A program made the position numbers and the translations under genes. DNA of 64,000 nucleotides from Antechinus flavipes (lineage: Eukaryota). Under the pieces are notes generated by a model. That model made no database searches. It saw nothing but the letters and a program-made list of their open reading frames with translations, and was not told the DNA's origin. Where the stretch lies: assembly GCF_016432865.1 (NCBI RefSeq), contig NC_067399.1:515344001-515408000 (forward strand). The letters are read 5' to 3'. Below are positions 47,001 through 59,500 of this stretch, piece after piece. Within the stretch, counting starts at the first letter, position 1. Every line of letters begins with the position of its first letter.

Positions 47001-50000
47001 ATGCAGGTAGGTGGCACAGTGAGTAAATAGTAGGATATGAGATCAGGAAGACCCCAATTCAAATTCAGACTCAAATTATTAGCTATGTGGCTCTGAGAAA
47101 TTTGCTTGATCTTTATTTACCTCAGTTTTCTCATCTATAAAGTAGCACCTACCTTCCAAGATGGTTATTAGGCTTAAATGAGATAATAATTTATTTTTAC
47201 TTTTTAAAAAAATTAATATATTTTTAATTTATTTCATCAAATATTTCCCAAGTACATATATATATTTTAATATTCATCTTTTAAAAATTCTCTCCCTCTG
47301 TCATACCCTTCCTATCTTCTCTAGAAGACAAGCAATTGGATATTGATTATACATATAAAGACATGTAAAATAAAATAATAATTGTAAAGTACTTAGCACA
47401 ATTGCTTTACATTTGTAAAGTGCCTGGCACTTAGTAATATAAATGCCAGCTATTATTATTACATTCTAGCCAAATGGGACTCTGTTCCTCCAATAATGCT
47501 CTGTGCTTTCCTGCCTATAATTTTGCTCATAATGTTCCCTGGTCCTTCTCCTGCTTCACTAATTGGCTTTCTATCTACCTTTTAAAGTTTAATTCAAATG
47601 CTACTGTTTTCATGAAGCTTCCCTTAATTACCTGCACTGGTAACAATCTATCTGCTTGAACCATACATAATACTTTGTTTCATTGTTCATGTACTTATCA
47701 CATTTTTTGGGTGTGTATTTACTGTGAATTGTGGTTGTCTCATCCTTCTTAGAGTATAAATTCCCAAAGCGAAAGGACCATTTCATATTTCAACTTTGTA
47801 TCTCCCTTAGTACTTACTACCATGGGGAGGTGGGGAAGGGGGAAAGAAATGGGCTAAATTCAGAAATGGACACTATGTGGCAGCAGAGAGAAGAAAATAC
47901 TAGGAAAGAGAAGTTATGGAGAGTTTGAGAGGAGGAAAAGGATGACTAATAGGATCACCAGGAGGCAGCAGGGAGTGGGAAGATACAGATCCAGTTTCCT
48001 CTCTTCCCAAACCCCCACAGTTTTCCAAAGGTCATTTAGTCCATTTCCTTCAAGACTGTTTCTTCTTGAAACCAGGTTTATCTCATGTTAATGAAACTTC
48101 AAGGAAAGAATATCTTCGCTAACCTCCAGTAGCTTAGTATTGTAGAAGTCCTTTCTTTTAAACGGTTTTTGTTTGTGTTTTTGTACTCAGCTTTGCCCCC
48201 GGCCTCCCTTCCCCCCAAATGTAGAGATACTGGGTGGAAGTCCTGATTTTGGAAAAGGAAACTGGTATCTACAAAGGGTTAGACCAATAAGAACAGAGCA
48301 GGCAGGATCACCTCCCAGATGCAGGGAGTGGAGGCACAGGGCAAAAGCTCAAAAGGGAAAAATCGACTAAGTTAGGAGGGAGGGAAGAAGGGGGAGGATA
48401 GACTGGGCAGGGAGCAAAGCCAGACACATGGAGAAATGCTGCCCAGGATCAAAGGAAATAGTGACATTTGAAAAGAATGTGAGAGTACGTGTGTTAGAAG
48501 GAGGGGGGAGTTTAGGGGCAGGAGAGGACTGGTTCTCTTCTCTGTCTTCCTAGGTCTTTGTCTCCCTCTGCTCCCTGTCTGCTAGCTTCGTTTTTTCAGG
48601 ACTGTCTTTTGAGTCTCTCTTCAATGTGTATCTGTCCTGTGTCTGTCTGTGTTGTCTTTCGCTCTTCACCTCCCCTAAACTGCCCTCCTCCATCTCTCCT
48701 CCTCCCTCCATCTCTCCTCCTCCCTCCTTCTCCGTTATTTCAAGATGAGCCTGGAAGGGAAATGTAACTTGAGGAGGACTGCGAAAAAGTCAAACCAGAC
48801 CGCCTCCCCCTTCGGCCTCGCTCTACTCAGAACATTTTTTTGCCCCGCCCCCAGCCAGCGCACCGCGGTCCTGGGCTCTGAGCCTGGGCCTCTCCCGACG
48901 TCACTGAGGGGTCCCCCGGGGCTGGGGAGGGGGAAGGTCCCCCTGGGCGGGTCCATTGGAAGACTGGGAAGGAGGAAGCGTGAGTCTCCTATGGAGCTTC
49001 TGAGCCTGGACCCGACAACCCCAATACTGTCCAGTTCATACCCTCCCTTTAATTCCCCCCCCTTTCTTCTTCTCCTCCTTTCCCCCTCCCATTTCCCCCC
49101 TCCCACACTCGAAGCCTGGTTCTCATTAGTGTAATGAGCTCGGCCCCCGCCCGGCGCTAGAGTGTTTGTAAATGTCTGACCTGGGGGCCTTAGTCACTTA
49201 ACCCGTTCAAGACTGAGGACCCGGACTGGTCTCGGAGTACTATTGAATTGGGGAATAGAGGAAACTTGAACTTGTTGGAGAGGCTTTAGCAACCAGTTGT
49301 GGAGGAAGCTAAGTGTTTCCTAGCCTAAGCCACAGATCTTATTTTTAACTTTTCTCTTCCCAAGTTCCAATGCCTAAATTTGAGCTACTTTACTACAGCC
49401 CTTCTTGGCCGCGCCAATATACGATTTTTTGCCTCGTCCTAGAGTCCAGAAGACAGGTGGTGGTTTGGGGGGCCACCCTAAGCACCAGTGGCCAGGGACG
49501 TCGAGTAAACCAGTCAAGATTACAGGACGAAAAAAGAGAAGGCTTCAGAGAAGCTAGACTCTTCCCTCCCCCAAGTTGGGGAGTCCAGGCCAGACTCTGC
49601 TCGGAGTGGGTAATGGGGAAACAGCTCACTGATGAGGTTAATTAATGCCATTCTCTTGATGGGGGCTGCAAAAACAACAGGGAAGCCAGGTCTGGAGCGC
49701 TGTTAAACTGCCAATTGCCACAGGCTCTGGTCCCTTCAGCTCTAACTCTTCCCGGGGATCTTTATTGAGATTGATCTCCTCACTTCACTAGGGAGGGGAG
49801 AAATGATTAGTAGAGATGGAGGGGCTGACTGTCGTAAGGGCTTTTAGTCTGGGCTCAAGCTTCGGAGCAGGACGTTTATTCCCTAGATAATCCCTAGAGC
49901 CGAATGGGTTTTTCCCTGTAGCATTAGTAGGGCCTTGGGTCTGCAGAAAAGAGAGTGGGACTGCCTGTATTACACTTTAAGTCCTAGGGAGACCCCGAGG

Positions 50001-50179
50001 GAGAAAACAAAACAAAACACAACAAAACAACATAGTTGTGGGGGACTAGGAGAATCCTGGAGTATCCAGTCCCCAGGGGCAGTGATTTGGAGACTTTAAG
50101 AGGTTCCGACCTAGAAATCTAAACCACTAGGGGAAGGGGCTGAGAGAAGCAGGAGGTCAGGTTGGGCTGTAATTGTCAG

Positions 50180-50460
50180 GGCTTTTGGCCAATAGGCGTC
50201 AATAAAATTGTACCACGCGGAGGAGTGCAGGAGGGACCAGTTTCCAATTCATTTTTTTTGGTAGGAGAGGGAGGGGGAGAAAACTAGTGGAGGGGGGGGA
50301 GGGTGGACTGGGACGAGGGGCGCGTGGTTTTCCCATCTCATCCCAGGAGGAGGAGCTGGAGCATCCCGGACAGCCAATCAGAGACAAGCTGAGGGGGGGC
50401 CGCTTTGAAGAAGTTTGGGGGAAAAAGTTTGGAAAAGTTTCTATAATAAAGAGGGGGCGT
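50180..50460 (+). promoter_or_regulatory. NFATC4 proximal promoter (CpG-rich)
   Basis: CCAAT boxes at 50189-50193 and 50374-50378, TATA-like TATAATAAA at 50442-50450 and (T)GGAAA(A) elements, ~110-380 nt before the ATG. CpG enrichment extends through intron 1 to ~51600. Confidence 0.7.
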
Positions 50461-50562
50461 CGGGAGGGTGGAGGCGGCGGCGGCGGGGGCAAGCCCCGGG
50501 TGAGGACGGAGAAGCCCCCCCCTCCAGCCCCGAGTACAGGCCTAGGGGCTCTGGCCAGATCT

Positions 50563-53500
50563 ATGGGGGCTGCAAGCTGCGAGGATGAGGAGCTGGAATT
50601 TAAACTGGTGTTCGGGGAGGAGAAAGAAGCCCCCCCGCTGGGGCCAGGGGGGCCTGGGCCTGGGGAAGGTTAGTGCGGGGTCGAAAAGGGTTTTGGGGTC
50701 CAGGGAGGGGGGTTGGAGAGGCTGGGGTCTGTGAGTCTAGGGGTTTGCGGATGTTGGGGCGGGAGGATAAAAGATTTGAGGCAGCCATGAGAGGGATTCC
50801 GTGGGGCTTGGGGGTCGTAGAGTTGGGGCTGGGGGCATGGGCACTGCTTTTTCCTTTTTAGGTCGCGGCTCGGGTGGGGGGTGGGGGCCGGCTGGTCCGC
50901 GGTGCACCGCCTCCAGCGCCGGCTGTCACTAGGACGGGGAACTGGAGGGAAGAAGGGAGGCACTGACAAATGGACACAACCGGGTTGAGATCTGAGGGAC
51001 ATGGGACATCCCCGGGAGAAGATGAAGTCCTGCTTTGGGTCGCGTCCTATCCCATGCTTCCTACCAGAAAGCTTCTAGGCCCGGGAGATGGGGCAGGACG
51101 GGACGGAACAAAACTAGGGTGGAGAGGGAACCTCAGGTCCCGCCGGAGCTCCCCCTCCGAGTTTCGAAGATGCCCCCCTTCGTCTGGCCGCAATGAGAGG
51201 CAGATGGCTGGGAAGAGCCGGGGGCGGCGGCCGATGCTTGCACGGAATCCGTGGCCCCCCTCGACCCCCCTCCTCGTCCCGGCACGCAACCACCTTCTCT
51301 CCTCCTCCGGATTTGGGGGAAGGGGGAGAGGGGAGACCCCGCCCTCTCCGCCCACCCCTAGTCACCACAGTCCTGGTGCCCCCCCTTCTTCCCTGGGCCC
51401 CCGGGGCCAGGCCACGGTTACGATGGTAACCGAGGAGCCTGCCAGCGCAGTTTGGGGGTTTGGGAACCGCTGCTAATTGGGTTCATGTGTGTGTCGCCCC
51501 CGGCCCCGCCCAACACCGCCCTAAACCCTCCTCTGCTCTTAACAAGCCTCACCCCAACCCAACCCCTCTTAGTCACGCCCCCGAAGCCTAAGTCCAGCCC
51601 CCTTCTTCGTGGCCCCACCCTCTTGAAGCCCACCTTGGAATTGAAGATATCTTGTTCCCTGGTACCCCTTCAGGATTCAAGGAGATAGTCTGGTTGGCAG
51701 GATGGCTTCCAGAGCTACAGGGACACCTGTAACTGGAGGGCACATCTCCTTTATTGTCATGTCTGGGGATGCCACAGGAACCTTTCCATGTTGTAGAGTC
51801 TGCTGGGTACAGAGAACTTGGGTAGTCAGAAGCCTCTCTGAGACAAAGATTCCATCTCCTGCCCCACCACCTCCACCCCTTTTCTTTCTTTCTCTTTCAC
51901 AGAGCTGGACACAGAAGATTCCCCCTCTTGCTGCAGTTTGGCTCTGGGTGAACCTCCTCCCTATGGGGCCTCTCCTATTGGCATCCCTCGGCCCCCACCA
52001 TCACGGCCGGGCATGCACTCCCCACCCCCGAGGCCTGCACCACCACCTGGTACCTGGGAGAGTCAGCCAGCCCGATTGGTGAGGCTGGGGGGACCTGGTG
52101 GGGGACCTGGAGGGGCTGGAGGGGGCAGAATCTTGGAGTGCCCAAGCATTCGCATCACCTCAATCTCCCCCACACCTGAACCTCCACCCTCACTAGAGGA
52201 TGCCCCAGACAACTGGGGTGATGGCTCTCCCCGTGATTATCCACCACCTGATGGCTTTGGAGGCTACCGAGAGGCTGGAGGTCCTGGCAGTGGAGGCTCC
52301 TTCTTTAGTCCCAGTCCTGGGAGCAGTAGTTTGTCCTCCTGGAGTTTCTTCTCAGATGCCTCTGATGAGGCAGCCCTGTATGCTGCCTGTGATGAAGTAG
52401 AGTCAGAACTGAATGAGGCAGCTTCAAGATTTGGCCTGGGGTCCCCACTGCCCTCACCTCGAGCCTCCCCTCGGCCTTGGACCCCTGATGATCCCTGGGG
52501 TGTATATGGTCCCGGTCCTGGAGGTCGGGGGCCTGAGGAGAGCTGGCTGCTCCTTAGTGCCCCTGGCCCAGCCCCAGCCTCCCCCCGACCAGCCTCCCCT
52601 TGTGGCAAAAGGCGTTATTCCAGCTCTGGTACACCATCCTCCGCCTCCCCTGCCCTGTCCCGCAGAGGAAGTCTGGGGGATGAAGGGCCTGAGCCAACTC
52701 CCCCACCACCACCACCTCTGGCCCGGGATCCTGGCTCCCCTGGCCCCTTCGACTATGTAGGGGCCCCACCAGCTGAGAGTATCCCTCAGAAGACCCGACG
52801 GACATCCAGTGAACAGGCAGTGGCATTAGCCCGACCTGAAGACTCTACTCCATGTAATGGAAAACCTGTGCCAGGTGGGGAGGAAGCTGTGGCCCCTCCC
52901 GGACCTCTTCGAAAAGATGTACCTGGCATGGACTACCTGGCTGTGCCCTCCCCACTGTCCTGGTCCAAGGCCCGCATTGGGGGACATAGTCCCATCTTCA
53001 GGTGAGGGTACCAGAGACCTCTTTCTGTAAGCCTGGGGAAGGGGAGGCAAGCCATCTGCTATCTGTTTCTGCTGAGCAGACTGGCAGGGAGAAGGGGATG
53101 GAGCTGAAGAAGACTCCTTCCATCCCACTTAAAGAGGTTTTTTCTCTCCCTGCTTCCTACATGCTAGGCTAGAACTAACTTGGTGACAAAAATGGATATT
53201 TATGAATGAATACAACTTGGCAACTTAATTTCATGCTACTTTATTTTGACTTTTAAAAAATGATGTTTTCCTCAATCCTTCTACTTGTCAAGACCTTTGT
53301 TTACTTCTATTATCTTGAAATAGCTAGATAGCAGAGTAGATTGTGTGTAGAAGCTGAAGACAGAAAGAACAGAGTTCAAATCCTACCTCAGATAACTTGG
53401 TTGCTATATGAATGAGAGCAAATTATTTAATCTCAGTTTCCTCATCTGTGAAATAAGTCTGGTAATAACACCTATCTCTCAAGGTTTTTATAAGAACAAA

Positions 53501-56500
53501 ATCAAATTATATATATATATATATAAAATTGTAAACCTTAAAGTGCTATATAAATGCTAGTAATTGTTTCTAATTTCTGCCATGTGTGATTGAGTTGGCC
53601 CAAACTAGGCAAAATAGTTGGACTTACTGCTGGCTGTCTCTCTAGATGAAAGTTTGGAGGAGATTCCTTCTCATGAGCTCTATAAGAACCTATCATTTCA
53701 CAAGCCTTCATTCTGGGCAGTTAGGGTGATACAAAGGACTATGCTTTTAGAGATCTCAAAGTAGTAAGAAGGGATCTCTTAGAGTGAGAAGAACGTTGTA
53801 CCTGGAATCAGAGTCCTGGGTTTGAATTTCAGCTCTGACATTAGTTGTTGTTCTTTGGTCATGTCCAACTCTCTGTGATCCCACAGAAGATCTTTTTGGC
53901 AAAGATACTGGAGTGGTTTTCCATTTCCTTGTCCCTTTCCTTATACAGATGAAGCAACTGAGGCAGAGCTAAGTCACTAGCCCAGGGCCATGCATCTAGA
54001 ATGTATCTGAAGCTGGATTTGAACTTTTAACATTAGCTATGTAATTTCTGCTGAGACTCAGTTTTCTTATCTTGAAATGGCAATAATAATATACCACCTA
54101 TTTCATAAAGTTTCCCAGGAAACTTTAAATGATTATATAAGCATGTTACTGCTTTTATTTATTCTTATTATTATTGGAAAGAGCTTTAGACTGTGAATCA
54201 GGAGACCGGTATTCCTCTATTAACTCAATGACTTTAGTCAAGTCACTTAACCCATGTGACTCCTAAATTTATTCATTTGCAAAATAAAGTTATTCCAATT
54301 ATATGACCTCCAAGGTCTCTTCTTACTCTAAAATACTGATTTATATTTTTATCTTCTCTGTCTCATACTGAAGTATAGGAGAATTAGAGAAACAATTAGG
54401 TATGTAAGAAAATGAAAAGCCCAACTTTCCTTCTTAACTTTCTAATCCACAATGTTCTAGAGCTCTAATTTCTGGGTCTTTGAAGAAACAGAGAAAACAC
54501 TTGTTCCTGTCATGTTGCTACTTCTTCCAGAGCTCTGAGTGGATCCAGGTGTTCTGTCTCCTGTGTTCCTCTGTATCTATTTCTTTCTTAATTCTTAGGG
54601 AGCTCAGGGGTGGGAGAGAGGGTAAGGCTGTTTAGGTCAAGGTTATCCTGGTTTTGAAACCAGGAGAAGAGGGATATCAATTTTCCTTTCCCCTCTCCTA
54701 CCAGGGCCTCAGCACTACCCCCTCTGGACTGGCCCCTGCCCAGCCAATTTGAACAACTGGAGCTGAGAATTGAAGTACAACCCAGAGCCCATCACCGTGC
54801 CCACTATGAGACAGAGGGCAGCAGAGGTGCTGTCAAAGCCACACCAGGGGGACATCCTGTGGTCAAGGTAACCAGAGGCTTTATTGAAAAAAGCATTCTG
54901 TCCCTTCTCTACTCCCAGCCCTTAGGACAGATGGGCTCCAGCTGTGTAGCCCCATAACCATGCCCTTTCCCACGATCCCTGGCAGCTCTGACCTGCCTGG
55001 CTAGCAGACTGGAGGAGGGGCTAGGCTGCTTCAAGGAGGAGAATAAGAGTGGGTACTCTTCCTTTCAGATCCTCTGATACTAACCCCTCCCCATTCCCCC
55101 CTCTCCCGCCATGCCATTTCCCCCTCATTTCATCCCCTGGGAGTCTTTACAATTTGCTCTAGAGAAGGATGGTCAGCTGGATGTCAAGGGATAAGGTTAG
55201 AGTGAAGTCAGAGGTCACTGGGAATTAGATTGTCACTACATTGAGTCCAATGTCTCCTTCAACTTTCTTCTGCCATCTCCCCATCCAAGTCTGGGCCCTT
55301 CTCCAAGAGCAACACTCTTACTCCAGGCCATCTTTTCCCAATAGCCCATGCTCTACCTCCCCTGAGAAATATATTCCAGTTTTTCTTTTATTCTTCACCC
55401 TCAACCTCAATGCCTGAAAATCTTGGGATATATTATGGATGTTTCTGTAGTAAGCTCTAACTCATCCTCCCTGTTTTCCTCTACTAGCTACTAGGCTACA
55501 ATGAGAAGCCATTAACTCTGCAGATGTTCATTGGTACAGCAGATGAGCGGAACTTGAGGCCCCATGCCTTCTATCAAGTCCACCGCATCACTGGCAAGAT
55601 GGTAGCCACAGCTAGCTATGAGGCTGTGGTCAGTGGTACTAAGGTGCTAGAGATGACTCTGCTCCCTGAGAACAACATGGCTGCCAAGTGAGTCTTCACT
55701 TACACTCTTTAGTGCCAGCAGGGCCTGGGGACCAGGAGCCTTCAAGGGGGCCCAGCATCCAGGACCAGGTCATCCATTCCTCTTCTTTCTTCCCCTTACC
55801 CCCTTCCTCCAAAAAGGGTTAAGAATGTGTTCCTGCAAGACTGTTTCTAGGAGGTGGGACAGGCATCTTTGTTTTAGGTCATCAAATCCCTTAGAGAAGT
55901 CTATTTGGGGATGAGATGGGGTGCAATTGGGGTGGGGTATCACTTTTGCTTTTGAGGAGTTCATTTCTGAATTAGGGTATCTAGTTTCCAGTCCTTCAAA
56001 TAAGTCAGGAAATTAAAAAGGGAGTATATTTGTCAATGAATAAGCATTTATTAAGCACTTACTAGATGCTAGGCACTGTACTAAATGCTAGACATAAAGA
56101 AAATCAACTTCCTGCTCTTAAGCAGTTCCTGCTCCTAGAACCTAGTCTAATAACTAGATGCACATAAAATGGAAGATTATCTCAGAAAGTTAGTAGGAAA
56201 AGGGAGGGGCTGGGAAAAGCATCCCATAGAAGGTGGCATTTGAGCTGAGCCTTAAATGTGGAAGTGAGAAGAGGGATCATTCCAAGTATGGAGGATAATC
56301 CGGGCAAAAGCAACATTCAGGGGGATGGTGTGAGGGACCAGCAAAATTGGCTCGGGAATTTATGCAGAAGAACAAAATATAAGAACACTAGTGTGCTGGG
56401 AAGAGGACGGGTTATGGACTTTAATTGCCAAACAGAGGGATTTTCAGATTCTAGAGGTTATTACCTACAGGGAGGTAACTGGAATTTATTAAATGGGTGG

Positions 56501-59500
56501 GTGGGAGGGAGAGGGAAGTGACATGGTCAAACCTGGAGGTTGTTGGAAAATCACTTTGGCGATTAAGTGGCGCATGGATTGAAATGGGAAGGGTCATGAA
56601 TGTTCCCTTGGAGGAGTTCATCTTGCCCCAAGAAGGACAGAGTAAAGTGGTTCTTAACGTTTTCCCCTGACCCCACGTGGACAGCATTGACTGCGCTGGA
56701 ATCTTGAAGCTTCGGAACTCAGACATAGAGCTACGCAAGGGGGAGACGGACATTGGCCGCAAGAACACAAGGGTCCGGCTAGTGTTCCGTGTACACGTGC
56801 CACAGGGTGGCGGAAAGGTCGTGTCGGTGCAGGTGGCTTCAGTACCCATTGAGTGCTGTGAGCAAAGAGAGAGGGCTGGGTCAGGGGAGCCCCGGAAGAA
56901 TAGCTAGGTTTTTCTCTGCTTCCATGTTCTCCCGCTTATGCCATTCCTATTGTCCCCCCTTCCCACCTGCTTCTCCGTTAGTCCTTCTGCCTGTTTGCAG
57001 AAGGCTTTCCAACTCACCTACTTGCCTGTGGATCCCCTCCACCCTGCCAGGATCCAATAGTCCGTTTTCCTGGGATGCCCCGTCTGCACGTCCACGGATC
57101 TGCTGGGATGCCTATGCTTGCCTCGCCCTAGCATGAGGGTGAAGGGTAGGGTTTCCAGTCGTGGCCCAACTCTAGAATCAGGGAGTGGTGAGGGAAAGGG
57201 GAGGCTCTTCACATTATGCACATCCTTGCCCAGCCCCTCACCCCTTCTGATTGCAGCCCAGCGTTCAGCACAGGAGCTGCCCCAGGTAGAAGCCTATAAC
57301 CTGAGTGCCTGTTCTGTTCGCGGGGGTGAGGAGCTGGTGCTATCAGGAGCCAATTTTTTGCCGGACTCCAAGGTGGTTTTCATTGAGAGGGGCCCTGGTG
57401 AGTATTCAAGGGAGTGAGTAGAACCCATGCTAGAGAAACATGGGAAAAAAAGTGAAGTCTAGTACATGGGAGAAAAGCTAGGACTAAGGGAAGTGATGGG
57501 GAACAAATTATCTGCATGACTGGGTGGGGGGAGGAGATGAGTCATCTACCCCTCCAAATACTCCGTTCTAGAGATAGGAAAACTCAGTACTTGGAAGGTT
57601 ACATGACTCCTTTCTTCCCTCCCCCTCCCCCCCCATGGATAAAATAAGATAAAAATGTGCAAGAATATTTGGGAAAGCGGAATAAAATGCAAAAGTTAGA
57701 AATAATTTATATTATAGTCTAATTCTATATATATAATATGTAAATTATATATACATAATAGTGGCACCCACTATTCCAGATGATATTGAGATTTGTTTAA
57801 AGTTTATATCATTCATCTATTTGAATTTTACTATCTAATTTTTTATTTTTCTCTACGAGTAAATAATGAGGTTATTTACTATAATTAAGGAAGAGCCAAC
57901 CTGAGGATGGTTGACTTCCATCGGATTGTGGGAGGGAGGATAAGATTGAATGAAGGGGATGAGTCAGGGCTTCTTAACCCCCATCTTCCAAATTTTAGGT
58001 AGCTTTTCCATCCTATATTGTAGCTTCAATAGCGCAAAACATACTATGAAACAGAGATTGCCTCATATGGTTCCCAAAGATGAAACCTGCTCAGGTTTTT
58101 GATGGTGGGTGGAATGAGAAAGTATTTCTGGGCTAGGATGGTAAGACATACCTGACGAAGGGAAATAGAAAGATTTCTAAGGGCTATGCTTTCTATTCTG
58201 AAACTTTGAAGCCCTAGACATCTGCTTCTGCTTTTTTTTTTAGTTTCCCAAGAACCCTATTCCTACCATTAGTGAAAGACAGGCTCTGCTTAATCCTAAA
58301 GCCTAGCTAGAATGAAATTTAGAGAGTACATGTAGGTAGACCTGTGAAAAGGGAAAAAGCATTCATTTAGGTTGAACTAGCTCTTTCTTTCCCATTTGTC
58401 CTGTGGTCCAGAAAAGGAGATTCCAGTGTCCTTCCCCTTGAAGTGATGTTTTTATTGGGGAATAATCTGGTTTCTACCAAAAGGCAAAGCGCATTGTACA
58501 AGTTATAGAATCTTATTAATCTATTAAGGTTGATGAGTTCTGTATCTGGATCTACCACTGACCCTACATTGGTTCTTTCCCTTGATTATCCTCAGTTTAA
58601 TTTTCTGTATCATAGTAATAAAATTGAATTTGATTACTAGGATACAATATTTTAAATTGGCAAGGCACCTTAAAAATCACTAGTCTAGCTCTTGGTCTCA
58701 GACCTGCAGACCTGATGGGGGTCGATTGTGGCTTGATACTTTTCTGTACCTCATAGTCATACTGTGTAGTTGTCCCTTCATTAAAACAAATATCAAATGA
58801 GATCAATCAGTCTTTACAAAGAGAATTATAGATTTAGATACAAATATATGAATGGAATATATAAATGGAAAATAAGAGATCAGAATGAGAGTGGTGACAA
58901 GTTTTTTTCACTCTATTCTGATCAGAGCACAATTGGACAGTGTTGGGTCTAGATGCCACATATCAGGAAGTACATTGTCAAAGGAATATATAGAGGACAG
59001 TAACCAAATGATTAAGGAACTCGAAGCAGTGGGATATCTTGCCTTGAGAAGAAATGTCCAGGGAGAATAGGACTGCTTTCAAGTATTTTAAGGATTATCA
59101 TCGGTTAGACTATTATACTTGATCTTGGAGGTAAAAAAGAATTTAGACTGATGTGGATTTAGGTTTGAAAGTTAAATATTTAACTTTATAATAGTCCAAA
59201 AAGCTATTAGTCCTCATTAGAGGAGGCCTTCAAATAGAGATTGAATGATCACTCATCAGGCATGTTGTAAAAGAGGTTTCTGTTCAGATATTGTTATTCA
59301 TTCATTTCCATCAAGTCTGACTCTTTATGCTCCCATTTGGGGTTTTCCTGGCAAAGATACCGGAGTTCTTTGCCATTTCCTCTTCCAATTTATTTTACAG
59401 ATGAGGAAACTGAGGCAAACAAAGTACAGTGACTTGTCTAGGGTCTCATGACTAAGAAGTGTCTGAGGCCAGATTTCAGCTCAGGAAGATGAGTCTTTCT

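Noticed and set aside
50287-50562. 92-codon in-frame extension upstream of the NFATC4 ATG
   Set aside because: Begins at a GTG and runs through CCAAT/TATA promoter elements, so it probably lies upstream of the TSS.
50893-50912. REST/RE1-like motif overlapping the palindrome gcggtgcaccgc
   Set aside because: Several mismatches at core RE1 positions; GC-rich palindromes are expected in a CpG island.
50970-51476. 168-aa ORF in NFATC4 intron 1
   Set aside because: GC-rich low-complexity ORF with no recognisable homology or in-phase donor identified.
57620-58200. AT-rich block in NFATC4 intron 6 considered as a NUMT or LTR
   Set aside because: No mitochondrial gene, tRNA or LTR hallmark could be recognised by eye; a database search is needed.
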